From Deltaproteobacteria bacterium (GTDB lineage: Bacteria > Desulfobacterota > GWC2-55-46), in NCBI GenBank assembly GCA_020846435.1, contig JADLDY010000035.1, forward strand, positions 6,077 through 70,076: DNA of 64,000 nt, read 5' to 3'. Below, piece by piece: positions 17,657-28,356 of the stretch. The position numbers and the translations under genes were made by a program. The first letter of the stretch is position 1. Each line of letters opens with the position of its first letter. The notes under the pieces were generated by a model that was not told the origin of the DNA, did no database searches, and worked only from the letters and a program-made list of their open reading frames with translations.

Positions 17657-18796
17657 ATGGCTGAGATAATTTTCTGGTGCGCGGTATTCCTGGTCTTTTA
17701 CACCTACGGAGGCTATTCGATCCTCGTAATAGCACTCTCGCGTTTTTTTCACAACGACGTCAAAAAACAGGATATCACCCCGAAGGTGAACTTCCTCATA
17801 ACGGCTTACAACGAGGAAAAGAACATCGCGCAAAAGCTCGACAACACCCTCTCGCTCGACTACCCGAAGGACAGGCTCGAGATACTCGTCGCCTCTGACG
17901 GGTCGACCGACAGGACGGAAGAGATTGTACGGGGCTACGCTGACAAGGGCGTCAGGCTCCTCCGCGTGGAAGGGCGCGTCGGAAAGACAGGTACGCAGAA
18001 CGCCGCGGTTAAAGCGGCAACCGGCGAGATCATAATATTCTCGGATGCCACGACCACCTACGAAAAGATGAACATACGGAACCTCGTCAGGAACTACGCT
18101 GACCCGGAAGTAGGCGCGGTAAGCGGCAGGTACGAATACTTCAACCCGACAGGGGCCGCCATCGGCACTGGCAACATCCTGTTCTGGAAGTACGAGAACC
18201 TCATAAAGAGCTCGCAGACGAGGATAAAGACCATCTCCGGGTGCTGCGGCTGCATCTACTCTGTAAGAAAAAACGCGTACGAGCCTCTGCCGCCGGACAT
18301 AATAAGCGACCTGTGCGAGCCATTGAAGATCCTCGAGAAGGGGTACAGGATAGTCTTCGAAGCGGACGCTGTCGCGTACGAGGAGACGACCGAGAAAGCC
18401 TCCGAAGAGTTCAACATGCGCATACGCGTCATCTCAAGGGGCATGAGGGGCCTTCTGTACATGAAAAAACTCTTCAACCCGTTCAGGTTCCCGTTCGTCG
18501 CTTTCCAGCTCTTCTCGCACAAGGTGCTCCGCTGGCTTGTCCCGTTTTTCATGCTCGCGATATTCGTTACCAACCTGTTTCTCCTGGACAGCGCGTTCTA
18601 CAAGATAACAATGGCCCTGCAGGCGGCCTTCTACGCAATGGCCGCCCTGGCGTGGCTCGGTGAGAAAGCTAACTTAAGGCTCAAGGTCTTTTCAATACCT
18701 CTTTATTTTTCGACGGTAAATATTGCCTCTGTGGTCTCTATGTACAAGACCCTCAAGGGCTTCAAGGCGGTGACATGGGAAACAATACGCAAATGA
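17657..18796 (+). CDS. membrane glycosyltransferase family 2 (GT-A)
   Basis: N-terminal TM, FLITAYNEE, VASDGSTDRT and a DxD-like FSDATT. C-terminal TMs. Confidence 0.85.
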   Translation: MAEIIFWCAVFLVFYTYGGYSILVIALSRFFHNDVKKQDITPKVNFLITAYNEEKNIAQKLDNTLSLDYPKDRLEILVASDGSTDRTEEIVRGYADKGVRLLRVEGRVGKTGTQNAAVKAATGEIIIFSDATTTYEKMNIRNLVRNYADPEVGAVSGRYEYFNPTGAAIGTGNILFWKYENLIKSSQTRIKTISGCCGCIYSVRKNAYEPLPPDIISDLCEPLKILEKGYRIVFEADAVAYEETTEKASEEFNMRIRVISRGMRGLLYMKKLFNPFRFPFVAFQLFSHKVLRWLVPFFMLAIFVTNLFLLDSAFYKITMALQAAFYAMAALAWLGEKANLRLKVFSIPLYFSTVNIASVVSMYKTLKGFKAVTWETIRK

Positions 18797-19587
18797 AAAA
18801 ACTCAACATCGCGTTCATAACGCAGGAAGACCCGTTTTACGTGAGGCTCTTCTTCGAGGAATTCCTCAAGAACTACCCCTACCCCGAGGACATAAAAGGG
18901 GTAGTGATAGCCCCGACAATGGGCAAGAAGAGCACCGGCAAGCTCATGCGCCAGATGTACGATTTCTACGGGCCGGTCGACTTTTTCAAGGTAGGCTCGA
19001 AGTACGCCTATTACCGTTTCTGTGATACAATATCCCGGAATCTGCGTTTGGGGAGCTTTTACTCCATAGCGCAGGTCTGCAGGAAATACGGGGTCAACGT
19101 AATGCACCGCGCCAGCGTGAACTCAGAGGACTTCCTCAGAGAGCTGCGCGCCATGGACATCGACCTCGTGATCTCGGTCGCCGCCCCGCAGATATTCAAG
19201 GAAAAGCTCATCAAGCTTCCCAGCCGCGGCTGCATCAACATACATAACTCGAAACTCCCGAAGTACAGAGGCATGCTCCCAAACTTCTGGCAGATGTTCA
19301 ACGGTGAAAAGTCAGTGGGCACTACCATTCATTTCATAAACGCTGGCATAGACGACGGCGACATACTCTTCCAGAAGGAAACGCCGATAGAGCCGGGCGA
19401 GAGCCTCGACTCTCTCATCAAAAGGACCAAGAAGCTCGGCGCCATCTTCATGATAGACGCGGTCTTGAGCCTCAAGGCCGGGCCCATAAAGCCGCTCCCG
19501 AACAACAAGGAGGAGGCGACCTACTTCACCTTCCCCACGAAGGAGCAGGCAAAGGAGTTCCGCAGGAGAGGCTACCGGCTTTTATGA
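18793..19587 (+). CDS. formyltransferase-family protein (Fmt/ArnA N-domain-like)
   Basis: ATGA overlap start. INIHNSKLPKYRGMLPNFWQ (HxSLLPxxRG-type motif) and IDDGDIL. Confidence 0.75.
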   Translation: MKKLNIAFITQEDPFYVRLFFEEFLKNYPYPEDIKGVVIAPTMGKKSTGKLMRQMYDFYGPVDFFKVGSKYAYYRFCDTISRNLRLGSFYSIAQVCRKYGVNVMHRASVNSEDFLRELRAMDIDLVISVAAPQIFKEKLIKLPSRGCINIHNSKLPKYRGMLPNFWQMFNGEKSVGTTIHFINAGIDDGDILFQKETPIEPGESLDSLIKRTKKLGAIFMIDAVLSLKAGPIKPLPNNKEEATYFTFPTKEQAKEFRRRGYRLL

Positions 19588-20417
19588 GGAACGCGCTCTC
19601 CTTCGATATAGAGGACTGGTTCCAGGTCGAGAACATGAAGGGGGCCATATCCCCCGGCGACTGGGATACCCTTGAGCTCAGGGTCGTCAGCAATACCGAG
19701 CGCATCCTGAAGATCCTCAGGGACAGCGGAACGAAGGCGACCTTTTTCGTTCTCGGCTGGGTCGCTGAACGCTGTCCGGCCCTCGTGCAAGAGATTGCCA
19801 GAGACGGCCACGAGCTGGCCTCCCACGGCTATGGCCACGACCTCGTCTACAACCTCAGCCGCGACAGGTTCAGGGAGGACATAAGAAGGTCAAAGGAGTC
19901 GATCGAGTCGATATCCGGCAGGAAGATACACGGCTACCGGGCCCCGAGCTTTTCCATCACAAAAGAGTCGATGTGGGCGCTCGACATTTTGAAAGACGAG
20001 GGCTTTACCTACGATTCCAGCGTCTTCCCGGTGAGCTTCCACGACCGCTACGGTTTCGACGGGTGCTCGTCAACGCCGTTCAGGTGGCCTAACGGCCTCA
20101 TGGAAGTGCCGCTGACAGTCTACAGGATAAAAGGGATAGCACTGCCTCTTGCCGGAGGCGGCTACTTCAGGCTCCTGCCGTACATGTACTTCAAATATTT
20201 TTTCAGGAAGCTCAACTCAAGAAACGAGCGTTTCACCTTCTATCTGCACCCCTGGGAGATTGACCCGGGTCAGCCGCGGATAAAGCTGCCGCTTTCTTAC
20301 AGGATAAGGCATTACGTGAACCTCAGGGAGACTGAAAAATACCTGACCAGACTTCTTGAGGATTTCAGCTTTGAACGCATCTTGATCGCTCACGGGTTGG
20401 AGAACGGCGCGCCATGA
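19584..20417 (+). CDS. polysaccharide deacetylase, PEP-CTERM-locus subfamily (NodB + DUF3473-like)
   Basis: ATGA overlap. NALSFDIEDWFQVENM N-terminus, ATFFVLGWVAE, ASHGYGH and YRAPSFS. Confidence 0.82.
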   Translation: MRNALSFDIEDWFQVENMKGAISPGDWDTLELRVVSNTERILKILRDSGTKATFFVLGWVAERCPALVQEIARDGHELASHGYGHDLVYNLSRDRFREDIRRSKESIESISGRKIHGYRAPSFSITKESMWALDILKDEGFTYDSSVFPVSFHDRYGFDGCSSTPFRWPNGLMEVPLTVYRIKGIALPLAGGGYFRLLPYMYFKYFFRKLNSRNERFTFYLHPWEIDPGQPRIKLPLSYRIRHYVNLRETEKYLTRLLEDFSFERILIAHGLENGAP

Positions 20418-21541
20418 GCAGACGTTTGAAGATCGTCTTCATGATAGATTCGCTGGACGGCAACGGCGGGACCGAGAACCAGCTGCTGAAAATGCTCATT
20501 GGCATAAACAGGTCGCAGTTCGACGTCCATCTCGTCTGCTTCCGCCATACACCCTGGTTCGTTAAGAACGCGCACAAAATCGGCTGTCCGTCGACCGTGC
20601 TGGAAATAAATTCCCTGCGCAACTGGCATACGTACAGGGATTACTGCGCGCTCGTCAGGCTTTTGCGCAAACTCAGGCCTGACGTTGTCCATACCTTTTT
20701 CCCGATGGCGAATATCGTAGGCGTCTTCGCCGCCAGGCTCGCCGGTGTGAAGAACGTGATATCGAGCAGGCGGGACTTCGGCGAATGGATGAACTCACGC
20801 TACCTCATTGCCACAAGGGCCGCGAACCTCGCTGTCTCAAGGATCGTCGCCAACTCGGAGATGGTGAAAACGCTCACAGTTGAAAAGGAAAAAGCCGCCC
20901 CCTCGAAGATCGAGGTCTTTTACAACGGGATAGATATTGATTTATTCAGCTCGCTCAAGCCGGACATCTCATTGAAAAAAAGTCTCGGGATTCCGGCGGC
21001 TGACAAGGTCATCGGGATAATCGCCAACTTCAGGCCCATGAAGCACCACCACATATTTCTCAAAGCGGCTGCCGAGGCGTTGTCAAAGAGGAGCGACCTG
21101 AGTTTTCTGCTGATCGGGATCGGCCCGCTCAAAGACGAGATGATCGCGCTGGCCAAAACGCTCGGGGTCGGCCACAAAACACACTTCGCGGGCCACCAGA
21201 CCGACATCAGGCCGTATCTTTCCATAATCGACGTCGGGGTCAACTGCTCGGAGGGCGAGGGGCTCTCCAACGCTGTAATGGAGTACATGTGCAGCCGCAT
21301 ACCGTGCGTCGTGAGCGAAGCTGGCGGCAATATCAACCTTGTGACAAACAATAAAAACGGCTACACCTTCGCGCTCGATGACCATTCGGCGCTCGCCGCC
21401 TCCATACTGGAACTGCTCGACAACGAGTCCACCCGGAAGCGTTTCACCGAGTCAGCCTTCCAGTTCGTCAAAGAACGCATGAGTCTTGAAGCCATGCTCT
21501 CCAGCTACGAGACGCTTTACCGGAGCATGGCGGATGCTTGA
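20414..21541 (+). CDS. glycosyltransferase family 4 (GT-B)
   Basis: ATGA overlap. LKIVFMIDSLDGNGGTE. C-terminal SEGEGLSNAVMEYMCSRIPCV (EX7E region). Confidence 0.85.
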   Translation: MSRRLKIVFMIDSLDGNGGTENQLLKMLIGINRSQFDVHLVCFRHTPWFVKNAHKIGCPSTVLEINSLRNWHTYRDYCALVRLLRKLRPDVVHTFFPMANIVGVFAARLAGVKNVISSRRDFGEWMNSRYLIATRAANLAVSRIVANSEMVKTLTVEKEKAAPSKIEVFYNGIDIDLFSSLKPDISLKKSLGIPAADKVIGIIANFRPMKHHHIFLKAAAEALSKRSDLSFLLIGIGPLKDEMIALAKTLGVGHKTHFAGHQTDIRPYLSIIDVGVNCSEGEGLSNAVMEYMCSRIPCVVSEAGGNINLVTNNKNGYTFALDDHSALAASILELLDNESTRKRFTESAFQFVKERMSLEAMLSSYETLYRSMADA

Positions 21542-22580
21542 GATAAAGCTCTCAGAGACTTCATATGAAAAGAGCGCCTCCAAAATAATCTCTTTGCGGA
21601 ATTCGAACAGGGCCGTCCCAAGAGACGCTAACTACTTCAACTGGCGCTACTCACAGAGGCCTTGCGATGGGAAACCGATAATTATCATGGCTGAGATATC
21701 AGGGGAGGCGGTTGGCTGCCTGTCCCTCATCCCTCACCATTACTACATAAACGGGGAGAGGCGTCAGGTCGGCATACTTGGCGATATCTCCGTCTCAAAA
21801 GAGTTCCGGGGAAAAGGTATCGCGAAAAAGATGTTCGCCTGCCTTATGGACATCAAGGACCTGGATAAACGCGTGGACGCCTGCATCGTGCTGCCGAACG
21901 AAGACGCCGCGAGGCCTCTGGAGAGCGCCGGATGGGTAAGCGTCTCCAGGCTCGAGCGCCATGTAAAAATATTGAACCTTGAGAAGTACATTGAAAAGAA
22001 GATCCCAAACCGTCTCGCGTTGAAGCTTCTCGCATCTGCGCTTCAAACGGCGCTGAAATTCCAATACCCGGCTCTCTGGCTGAGGAATCGCGACATCAAG
22101 GGAGCCCCGGCCGCCGGGTTCGACGCAAGATTTGACTCTCTCTGGAGCCGGTTCGACAAAAAAGGGGCCAGCATCGGACAGAGGGACCGCGGATACCTTA
22201 CATGGAGATACCTCAGCCACCCCTTGACCGATTACAGGCTTTACACGCTGACGGACGGAGACAAGCTCTGCGGGTACCTGATCTATCATATCGAAGATGA
22301 CAGATGCTTCGTAGACGACATCCTGTGCCTGCATGTGAATAAATACCCTGAATATCTTCTGGCGCGCTTCATCGGGCATATCACAAAGGACGCTGGATGC
22401 TCGTCCGTGATACTGGCCGTAAGCAGGGTCTGCGCGAAGCGTCTACCGCTCAGGAAATTCGGCTTTTTCCGCCGACCTGATTTTCAGAAGTTCCTGGTGG
22501 CCGGCGGAAGAGCATTAAAAGCGCCTGCTTTTATTTTTGACGACAGATGGTATCTGACGCAGGGCGACAAGGACGCGTAG
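21534..22580 (+). CDS. GNAT family N-acetyltransferase
   Basis: ATG at 21534 overlaps the upstream gene by 8 nt. Acetyl-CoA binding motif FRGKGIAKKMF. Confidence 0.6.
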   Translation: MLEIKLSETSYEKSASKIISLRNSNRAVPRDANYFNWRYSQRPCDGKPIIIMAEISGEAVGCLSLIPHHYYINGERRQVGILGDISVSKEFRGKGIAKKMFACLMDIKDLDKRVDACIVLPNEDAARPLESAGWVSVSRLERHVKILNLEKYIEKKIPNRLALKLLASALQTALKFQYPALWLRNRDIKGAPAAGFDARFDSLWSRFDKKGASIGQRDRGYLTWRYLSHPLTDYRLYTLTDGDKLCGYLIYHIEDDRCFVDDILCLHVNKYPEYLLARFIGHITKDAGCSSVILAVSRVCAKRLPLRKFGFFRRPDFQKFLVAGGRALKAPAFIFDDRWYLTQGDKDA

Positions 22581-22629
22581 CCACCGTCGAAATCAGCATC
22601 ATACTTTCAAAACGCCTCATGGACCAGAG

Positions 22630-24105
22630 ATGTCATTAAAAAAGTTTGTCCTACATTACAGCCATTTTTTCACGGGAAGCGCCCTGTCCCTCATGCTGGG
22701 CCTTGTCAGCTTTCCCATATTCACCAGGATACTCACGAGGGAAGAGTACGGCATAGTGGGGCTCCTTGCCACTACCATGTTCCTCGCCGTGGCGGTCGGA
22801 AAGGCCGGGCTCTCGGACGGCATAGTAAGGTTTTACAGCAAGTACAGCGAGACCGAGGAAGACCTTGAGCTCTTTTCCTCAACAGTCCTGTTCAGAGGGG
22901 TCGTATTATCCACAGTCGTGGCGCTGCTCTATCTATCGATAGTTTTTTCAATAGGGGTCATCACCGGGACTGAAATGAAGTACAGGGAATGCTACCTCAT
23001 CATGACAGCGTACCTGTGGATAAGGCCGCTCAATATCATTGTATTGAACATATTGAGGGTAAAGGGCAAGACTGTTTTCTACAACGTGCTAAACCTTGTC
23101 GGCAGGGCCTCGGCGATCATCGGCTCGCTTACCCTGATGCTCTACGTATTCCGCAGTTTTTACGGCTACTTCGTCGGTCTCGTGGCCGCCGAGCTCATAG
23201 TAGGAATCCTGCTTTTCGCGTGGTTTTTTTCCACACACAAGTTCAACCTATCCAAGGTCTCATGGCCGCTTACCTCGCAGCTTTTGAAGTTCGGGGCCCC
23301 TCTTTTGATAACCGAGTTTTCATACCTCCTGCTTACGTACGCTGACAGGTACCTCATAGTCATGTTCAAGGGCGCGGCTGACCTCGGAGTGTATTCCGTC
23401 GGGTACAACCTTGCCTCATACATAAGCGACATGATAATGTTCTCCCTGTCCTACGCTGTCATTCCAATCTATGTAGCCATCTTCGACAAGGAAGGCAAGG
23501 AGAAGACAGAGGAATTCCTCAGCAAGTGCGCGCATTACATCCTGATAGCGATAATACCCGTTTTCTTCGGATACATGGCGATCTCCAAGAACCTCTTTTT
23601 GCTGTTGGCGTCGGAAAAGTACGTCTCGGCCGCCTCATTTTCGCCGGTGATCCTCTTAGGCTCGCTCATCATCGGGATGAACAACATATTCAACGCCGGA
23701 CTCTACCTTAAAAAGAAGTCGAAACTGATACTCGGCATAATGCTCTTCACTCTGGCGATAAACGTGGCATTGAACATCCTCCTTCTGCCGGAATACGGGG
23801 TGCTTGGCTCGGCCGTGGCGACCCTTGTCTCGGCCATAATCTCTTCTGTCGCGACCGTGTATTACTCCTTCAAGCACATCGTGGTCAGAATAAGCTTATA
23901 CGACCTGCTGTATTACACGGCCGCCTCAGCCATCATGTACTCTGTCGTCACGCTCTCGCTCTTTGACCTGCCCACGCTCTGGGCGGGGTTGCTGCTCCAG
24001 ATCTTCGCCGGCGCTCTCATCATGATACCTTTCTTCGCTTTCAAGGAGAGGGAGCTTGTGGCAAAAATAAGGTCCATGTCATTTTTAAAGGGAAGTTCAG
24101 TATAA
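22630..24105 (+). CDS. wzx: polysaccharide/oligosaccharide flippase (Wzx, MOP superfamily)
   Basis: 491 aa, about 12-14 TM helices, in an EPS context next to a Wzy-like gene. Confidence 0.8.
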   Translation: MSLKKFVLHYSHFFTGSALSLMLGLVSFPIFTRILTREEYGIVGLLATTMFLAVAVGKAGLSDGIVRFYSKYSETEEDLELFSSTVLFRGVVLSTVVALLYLSIVFSIGVITGTEMKYRECYLIMTAYLWIRPLNIIVLNILRVKGKTVFYNVLNLVGRASAIIGSLTLMLYVFRSFYGYFVGLVAAELIVGILLFAWFFSTHKFNLSKVSWPLTSQLLKFGAPLLITEFSYLLLTYADRYLIVMFKGAADLGVYSVGYNLASYISDMIMFSLSYAVIPIYVAIFDKEGKEKTEEFLSKCAHYILIAIIPVFFGYMAISKNLFLLLASEKYVSAASFSPVILLGSLIIGMNNIFNAGLYLKKKSKLILGIMLFTLAINVALNILLLPEYGVLGSAVATLVSAIISSVATVYYSFKHIVVRISLYDLLYYTAASAIMYSVVTLSLFDLPTLWAGLLLQIFAGALIMIPFFAFKERELVAKIRSMSFLKGSSV

Positions 24106-24109
24106 CGTC

Positions 24110-25516
24110 ATGCTGGGACTCGTAAAACATTTTCTCAAGCTCATACTCGTCCCGGCGCTCTACAGCGCCTGGATGGTGACGATCATCCTTACCGTCGTCA
24201 AGGAGGCGAGATGGGGTTTCTATCTGCTTGTCTTTCTGATCCCCCAGCCTAACGTCTGGTACAAATTTTTTGATTATCCCTTCGGGAATAATACGATAGA
24301 CCTGCTGTTCGTAGCGCTTGTCCTCGGCATCATGTTCCAGAAAAAGGGCTTCAAGATGACGCCCGCGGTTCCCTTCATCTTCGCGCTCCTCATCTTCAGC
24401 TATTTTTCCCTGTGGAAAGCGAGCTTTAACTTCGACCTGCCTGTTCCATTGACGACCTCCAACATATATCTGCTGGAATGGAAGAACTACGCGCAGATGA
24501 TCCTGCTGTATTTTGTCGCCCTGAACGTCATGAAAGAGGAGGACAATAAAAGGAAGGTCATCATCCTGATGTCCTTCGTCGTCCTTTTCATAGCCTTCAG
24601 GAGCTACCGCAATTTCGACGGCGGCGACGTCTTCAACTATGACAAGCGGGTCGGCGGGCCGTTTGAGCGGGTCGGACTCGGCGCCAACCATTTCGGCGCG
24701 TTCATAGCCGACTATTGCGCCGTATTCCTGGGCCTGTTCCTTTTTGACAAAAACAAGTGGCGCAGGCTCCTTTTCCTCGGCACTGTGCTTTTGGGCCTTC
24801 ACCCGCTGTTCTTCGCCTACTCGAGGGGCGCGTATCTGGCGGCCTTCGCCGTTGTGGTAATCTTCGGGATTCTCAAGAAAAGAAGCCTCCTCATCGGCGT
24901 GTTCGTCGTGCTGATTGCGTGGCAGACGATCCTCCCGGCCTCGGTCGTCGACAGGATACAGATGACAGAGACGCCTGAGGGCGAGCTGGAGCACTCAGCC
25001 GGAGGAAGGATACTTCTGTGGCAGCTTGCCATCGACCTGTTCAAGGAGAACCCCATTACCGGCATCGGCTTTGCCGGATACCAGATAAGCGCCGGCGGGC
25101 AGACGCTGGCTGACGGCGAGGTCCTCCCTGAAAACCAGGACGTGCATAATTATTACATGAGGGTGCTGTGCGAGCAGGGGCTTGTCGGGTTTTCCATCCT
25201 CGTGCTGGTGCTCCTCATGGCCCTGCGGAGCGGCTGGAAGCTGTACAGGTCCGCGGAGACGCCATTTCAGAAGGGGCTCGGGTTCGGCTTCGTCGGTTGC
25301 GCCATATCCATGATCATCACAAACATGTTCGGCGACAGGTGGTCGTATTTCGTCCTGGGCTCGTTTTTCTGGATCTTCTGGGGCCTGGTCGACAGGACGA
25401 CTATAAACATAGCTGAAATGAAAGCGTCAGAGAGATTGCGGCAGGAGTCAGAAGACGAAGCGTACCTGAACGGAGAAAAACCCGCGCCTGCGCTTTCCAA
25501 TAATTTTTCAGGATAA
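24110..25516 (+). CDS. O-antigen ligase/polymerase family membrane protein (Wzy-like)
   Basis: Multi-TM. Conserved loop FAYSRGAYLA ... H..GGRILLW ... GIGFAGY is typical of the Wzy_C/O-antigen ligase domain. Confidence 0.75.
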   Translation: MLGLVKHFLKLILVPALYSAWMVTIILTVVKEARWGFYLLVFLIPQPNVWYKFFDYPFGNNTIDLLFVALVLGIMFQKKGFKMTPAVPFIFALLIFSYFSLWKASFNFDLPVPLTTSNIYLLEWKNYAQMILLYFVALNVMKEEDNKRKVIILMSFVVLFIAFRSYRNFDGGDVFNYDKRVGGPFERVGLGANHFGAFIADYCAVFLGLFLFDKNKWRRLLFLGTVLLGLHPLFFAYSRGAYLAAFAVVVIFGILKKRSLLIGVFVVLIAWQTILPASVVDRIQMTETPEGELEHSAGGRILLWQLAIDLFKENPITGIGFAGYQISAGGQTLADGEVLPENQDVHNYYMRVLCEQGLVGFSILVLVLLMALRSGWKLYRSAETPFQKGLGFGFVGCAISMIITNMFGDRWSYFVLGSFFWIFWGLVDRTTINIAEMKASERLRQESEDEAYLNGEKPAPALSNNFSG

Positions 25517-25526
25517 GGAAGAACAT

Positions 25527-26447
25527 ATGAAAATTCACGATGGCAGACACCCATGGAAGCTCCTTGGCTACAAGGCATTTTATTTTTCCATCCTTCACGT
25601 AATATACAGGATGCCAATACCTTATCAGAAGAAGCTGGACCTCAAGAAGGCGCTTTTTTACGACAACTTCACGAAGTACGCCAAGACGCGCTTCAAGATA
25701 AATGAAGCCTCTGACGAGACTGGCGCGTTCTGCGTCTACGACATGGGTCCATTCAGGCTCTGCATCTATTCGGACTCGGATTTTTTTACCATCGACAGCC
25801 TCGAATGGAACCTGTCCTATGAGTTCCTCGACATAATATACCCGGCCCTAAACCCCAGGTACTTCAATTTCATGCTCGGGGAAGGCCCTTATGAAGTCGA
25901 AAATGTGCGGTGCGAAAAGGGGGACTATGTTCTGGACGCTGGGGCCAATATCGGGGCCTTCAGCTTCCTGACCTCGAATGAAGTCGGGGATAAGGGGCGC
26001 GTCTTCGCCGTGGAGCCGATCGACTTCTTCATCAAATGCATGAAGCGAAGCATCAAGATGAACTCCGCTTCGAACGTGTCGATACTGGAATACGCCCTCG
26101 GCAAGGACGACCGCGAGATCGAGCTGACGCTCGACCCAGACAACCCGATGAACACGGGCGTCCACAACTCCTCAAGCAGGACCTACAAGATCACCCAGAA
26201 GAAGCTGGATACCCTCGTCTTCGATAAAAAGATTCCCCGCGTCGATTTCATAAAGATGGACATCGAGGGCTTTGAGAGGCATGCTTTGAAGGGCGGCTCA
26301 GAGACCATATTCAAGTTCAAACCAAAGCTCGCGATATGCACTTATCACCTGAAGGACGACCCCACCGTGATAAGGGACCTCATAAAGAGCATCAACCCGG
26401 CCTACAAATTCAGGCAGGGCAGAAAGAAGCTTTACGCCTGGATCTGA
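25527..26447 (+). CDS. FkbM-family SAM-dependent methyltransferase
   Basis: VLDAGANIGAFS (SAM motif I) and FIKMDIEGFERHALKG (FkbM signature). Confidence 0.75.
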   Translation: MKIHDGRHPWKLLGYKAFYFSILHVIYRMPIPYQKKLDLKKALFYDNFTKYAKTRFKINEASDETGAFCVYDMGPFRLCIYSDSDFFTIDSLEWNLSYEFLDIIYPALNPRYFNFMLGEGPYEVENVRCEKGDYVLDAGANIGAFSFLTSNEVGDKGRVFAVEPIDFFIKCMKRSIKMNSASNVSILEYALGKDDREIELTLDPDNPMNTGVHNSSSRTYKITQKKLDTLVFDKKIPRVDFIKMDIEGFERHALKGGSETIFKFKPKLAICTYHLKDDPTVIRDLIKSINPAYKFRQGRKKLYAWI

Positions 26448-26470
26448 CAGTACTTTCTCAGGAGTTTTAG

Positions 26471-27439
26471 ATGTTCAGCAAGGTAAGCGTTATCATCCCG
26501 GCCCTGAACGAGGAGCGCCACATAGGCCAATGCCTCGGGGCGCTCTCCGAGATAGACAGGGCCGGATTGCCTGTCGAGGTCATTGTCGTGGACAACGGGT
26601 CCACCGACAGGACCGTTGAGATCGCCCGGCAGGCGGGCGTCAGAGTTTTGGAGCGCCCGGGCATCAGGATAGCGGCAATGAGGAACGCCGGGGTCGCCAG
26701 CTCTAAAGGCGACCTCCTTGCCTTCGTGGACGGCGACTGCGTAGTGAAGAAAGATTGGCTGACAAGCGCCATAAAAGCCATTAAAAGGGAGGGAGCGGCC
26801 GCTGTCGGGTCGTTCCATATCACCCCGGAGGAAGCTGGCTGGATAGGCAGGACAGCGGAAGCCCTTCAGAGCACCAAGGTCGGCTCCAGGATAAACTACA
26901 TCCCTTCAGGCAACCTTATCGCCACGCGGGCGGCCTTCGAGAAGGTCAGGGGCTTCAATGAAGCGCTCGAGACATCTGAAGACGTCGATTTCTGCCACAG
27001 GCTCAAGGAGGCCGGCTTCAAGCTGTTCATAGACCCCGCCATCAGTTCCGTCCACCATGGCGCGCCAAAGACCGTCTCCGAGATGTTCGCGAGGGAGATG
27101 TGGCACGGTAAGAACACCTGCACAGTCTTCATCAACGACCTTCTGAAGGCCAGGAACCGCAACCTTATCCTGTTCAGTGGAATCAATCTCGTACTCCTTC
27201 TTTCCATGCTCGCCGGGGCAATTGTTTTTCTTCTCGCCGGCCATCCGGCGCTCCTGCTTGCCGCTGCTGCGCTTTACCTGGCATTGAATCTTCTGCTCGC
27301 AATCAAGGACCGCAAAAAGACCAGATACAGCCTCGTAAGCCTCTTTTTTTATGACATCATCTACGGACTGGCCCGCTCCGCGAGCATCGTGAGCTGGGCT
27401 CTCAGGTCCATCTTCAGCGGGAAGGCAGCAAAACAATGA
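26471..27439 (+). CDS. glycosyltransferase family 2 with C-terminal TM segments
   Basis: VSVIIPALNEE, VVDNGSTDRT and FVDGDC (DxD). Confidence 0.85.
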   Translation: MFSKVSVIIPALNEERHIGQCLGALSEIDRAGLPVEVIVVDNGSTDRTVEIARQAGVRVLERPGIRIAAMRNAGVASSKGDLLAFVDGDCVVKKDWLTSAIKAIKREGAAAVGSFHITPEEAGWIGRTAEALQSTKVGSRINYIPSGNLIATRAAFEKVRGFNEALETSEDVDFCHRLKEAGFKLFIDPAISSVHHGAPKTVSEMFAREMWHGKNTCTVFINDLLKARNRNLILFSGINLVLLLSMLAGAIVFLLAGHPALLLAAAALYLALNLLLAIKDRKKTRYSLVSLFFYDIIYGLARSASIVSWALRSIFSGKAAKQ

Positions 27440-27464
27440 CGCTTTGGCGCTTGAGGGAGTGGTT

Positions 27465-28334
27465 ATGAAAAAAAACATCGACGCCGTCTTTTTCGTCCCT
27501 TTCTGCGAAAAAGAATATGACATGGTCATCGACACCATCGCCAGCATAAGACATTACGTGAAAGAGCCTCACCATATAATCGCGGTCGACGACTTCAGCC
27601 CCTCCAGGCTCGATGAACGGCTCAAGGCGGAGGTCCCGGGTATAACCGTGCTGAGGAACCCGAGGAGGCACGGCGGCAGGAGCGGATTGTACATTACTCA
27701 AGCGATCGCCTGCAAGCACGCCCTCGAGCATTTCAATTTCAAGATGTTCATCAAGATGGACACTGACGCCCTCATGGTCGGGCCGGGACTCGTCACAAGG
27801 GCGGCCACCGAGCTCGCCGAGCGTCCCGCAACCGGCATACTCGGGTCATGGGAGTTCAGGGCCGACGGAAAAAAAAGGAACTGGCACATGTGGAGGCTCA
27901 CTTTCCTCACTGAGAGCAGCCCGGCCAGAAGGCTTTTCAGCAAGCCCGTGCTCTGGAGAAAGCCCATACGGGAAGCAAAGAAGCACGGCTACCGCCTCGG
28001 CGAGAACATACTCGGAGGCTGCTACATACTCAACGAGCGCTGCCTCAGGGCCATGGCCCGGATGGGGTATCTTGATTACGAATACGACAACATCCTGCGC
28101 TTCAGCAAGATAGGCGACGAGATCATCTTCTCGCTTTTCTGCAAGGCCGCAGGCTTTGAGATACACGACTTCGGCAGGCCCGCCGACCCGATGGTAATAG
28201 CGCTCGATATCGTGCCCATGGCCAAGGAAAAACTGATGGCCGAAGGGAAAGCCGTCATACACTCCGTGAAAAAGGGCTTCGACGGAGAAACTCAGGCCCA
28301 GATGAGGGAGTTTTTCAAGGCCCACCGCGTTTAA
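27465..28334 (+). CDS. hypothetical protein, possible divergent GT-A fold glycosyltransferase
   Basis: ATG at 27465 has a GGGAG RBS. IIAVDDFS and KMDTDA (DxD-like) suggest a GT-A fold. No stronger signature. Confidence 0.35.
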   Translation: MKKNIDAVFFVPFCEKEYDMVIDTIASIRHYVKEPHHIIAVDDFSPSRLDERLKAEVPGITVLRNPRRHGGRSGLYITQAIACKHALEHFNFKMFIKMDTDALMVGPGLVTRAATELAERPATGILGSWEFRADGKKRNWHMWRLTFLTESSPARRLFSKPVLWRKPIREAKKHGYRLGENILGGCYILNERCLRAMARMGYLDYEYDNILRFSKIGDEIIFSLFCKAAGFEIHDFGRPADPMVIALDIVPMAKEKLMAEGKAVIHSVKKGFDGETQAQMREFFKAHRV

Positions 28335-28356
28335 AATCTTTCAGGAACGGGGCGAC

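Noticed and set aside
24041-24994. 317-aa minus-strand ORF antisense to the Wzy-like gene
   Set aside because: Its highly charged E/D/R/K-rich composition mirrors the hydrophobic codons of the membrane protein on the opposite strand, so it is a shadow ORF.
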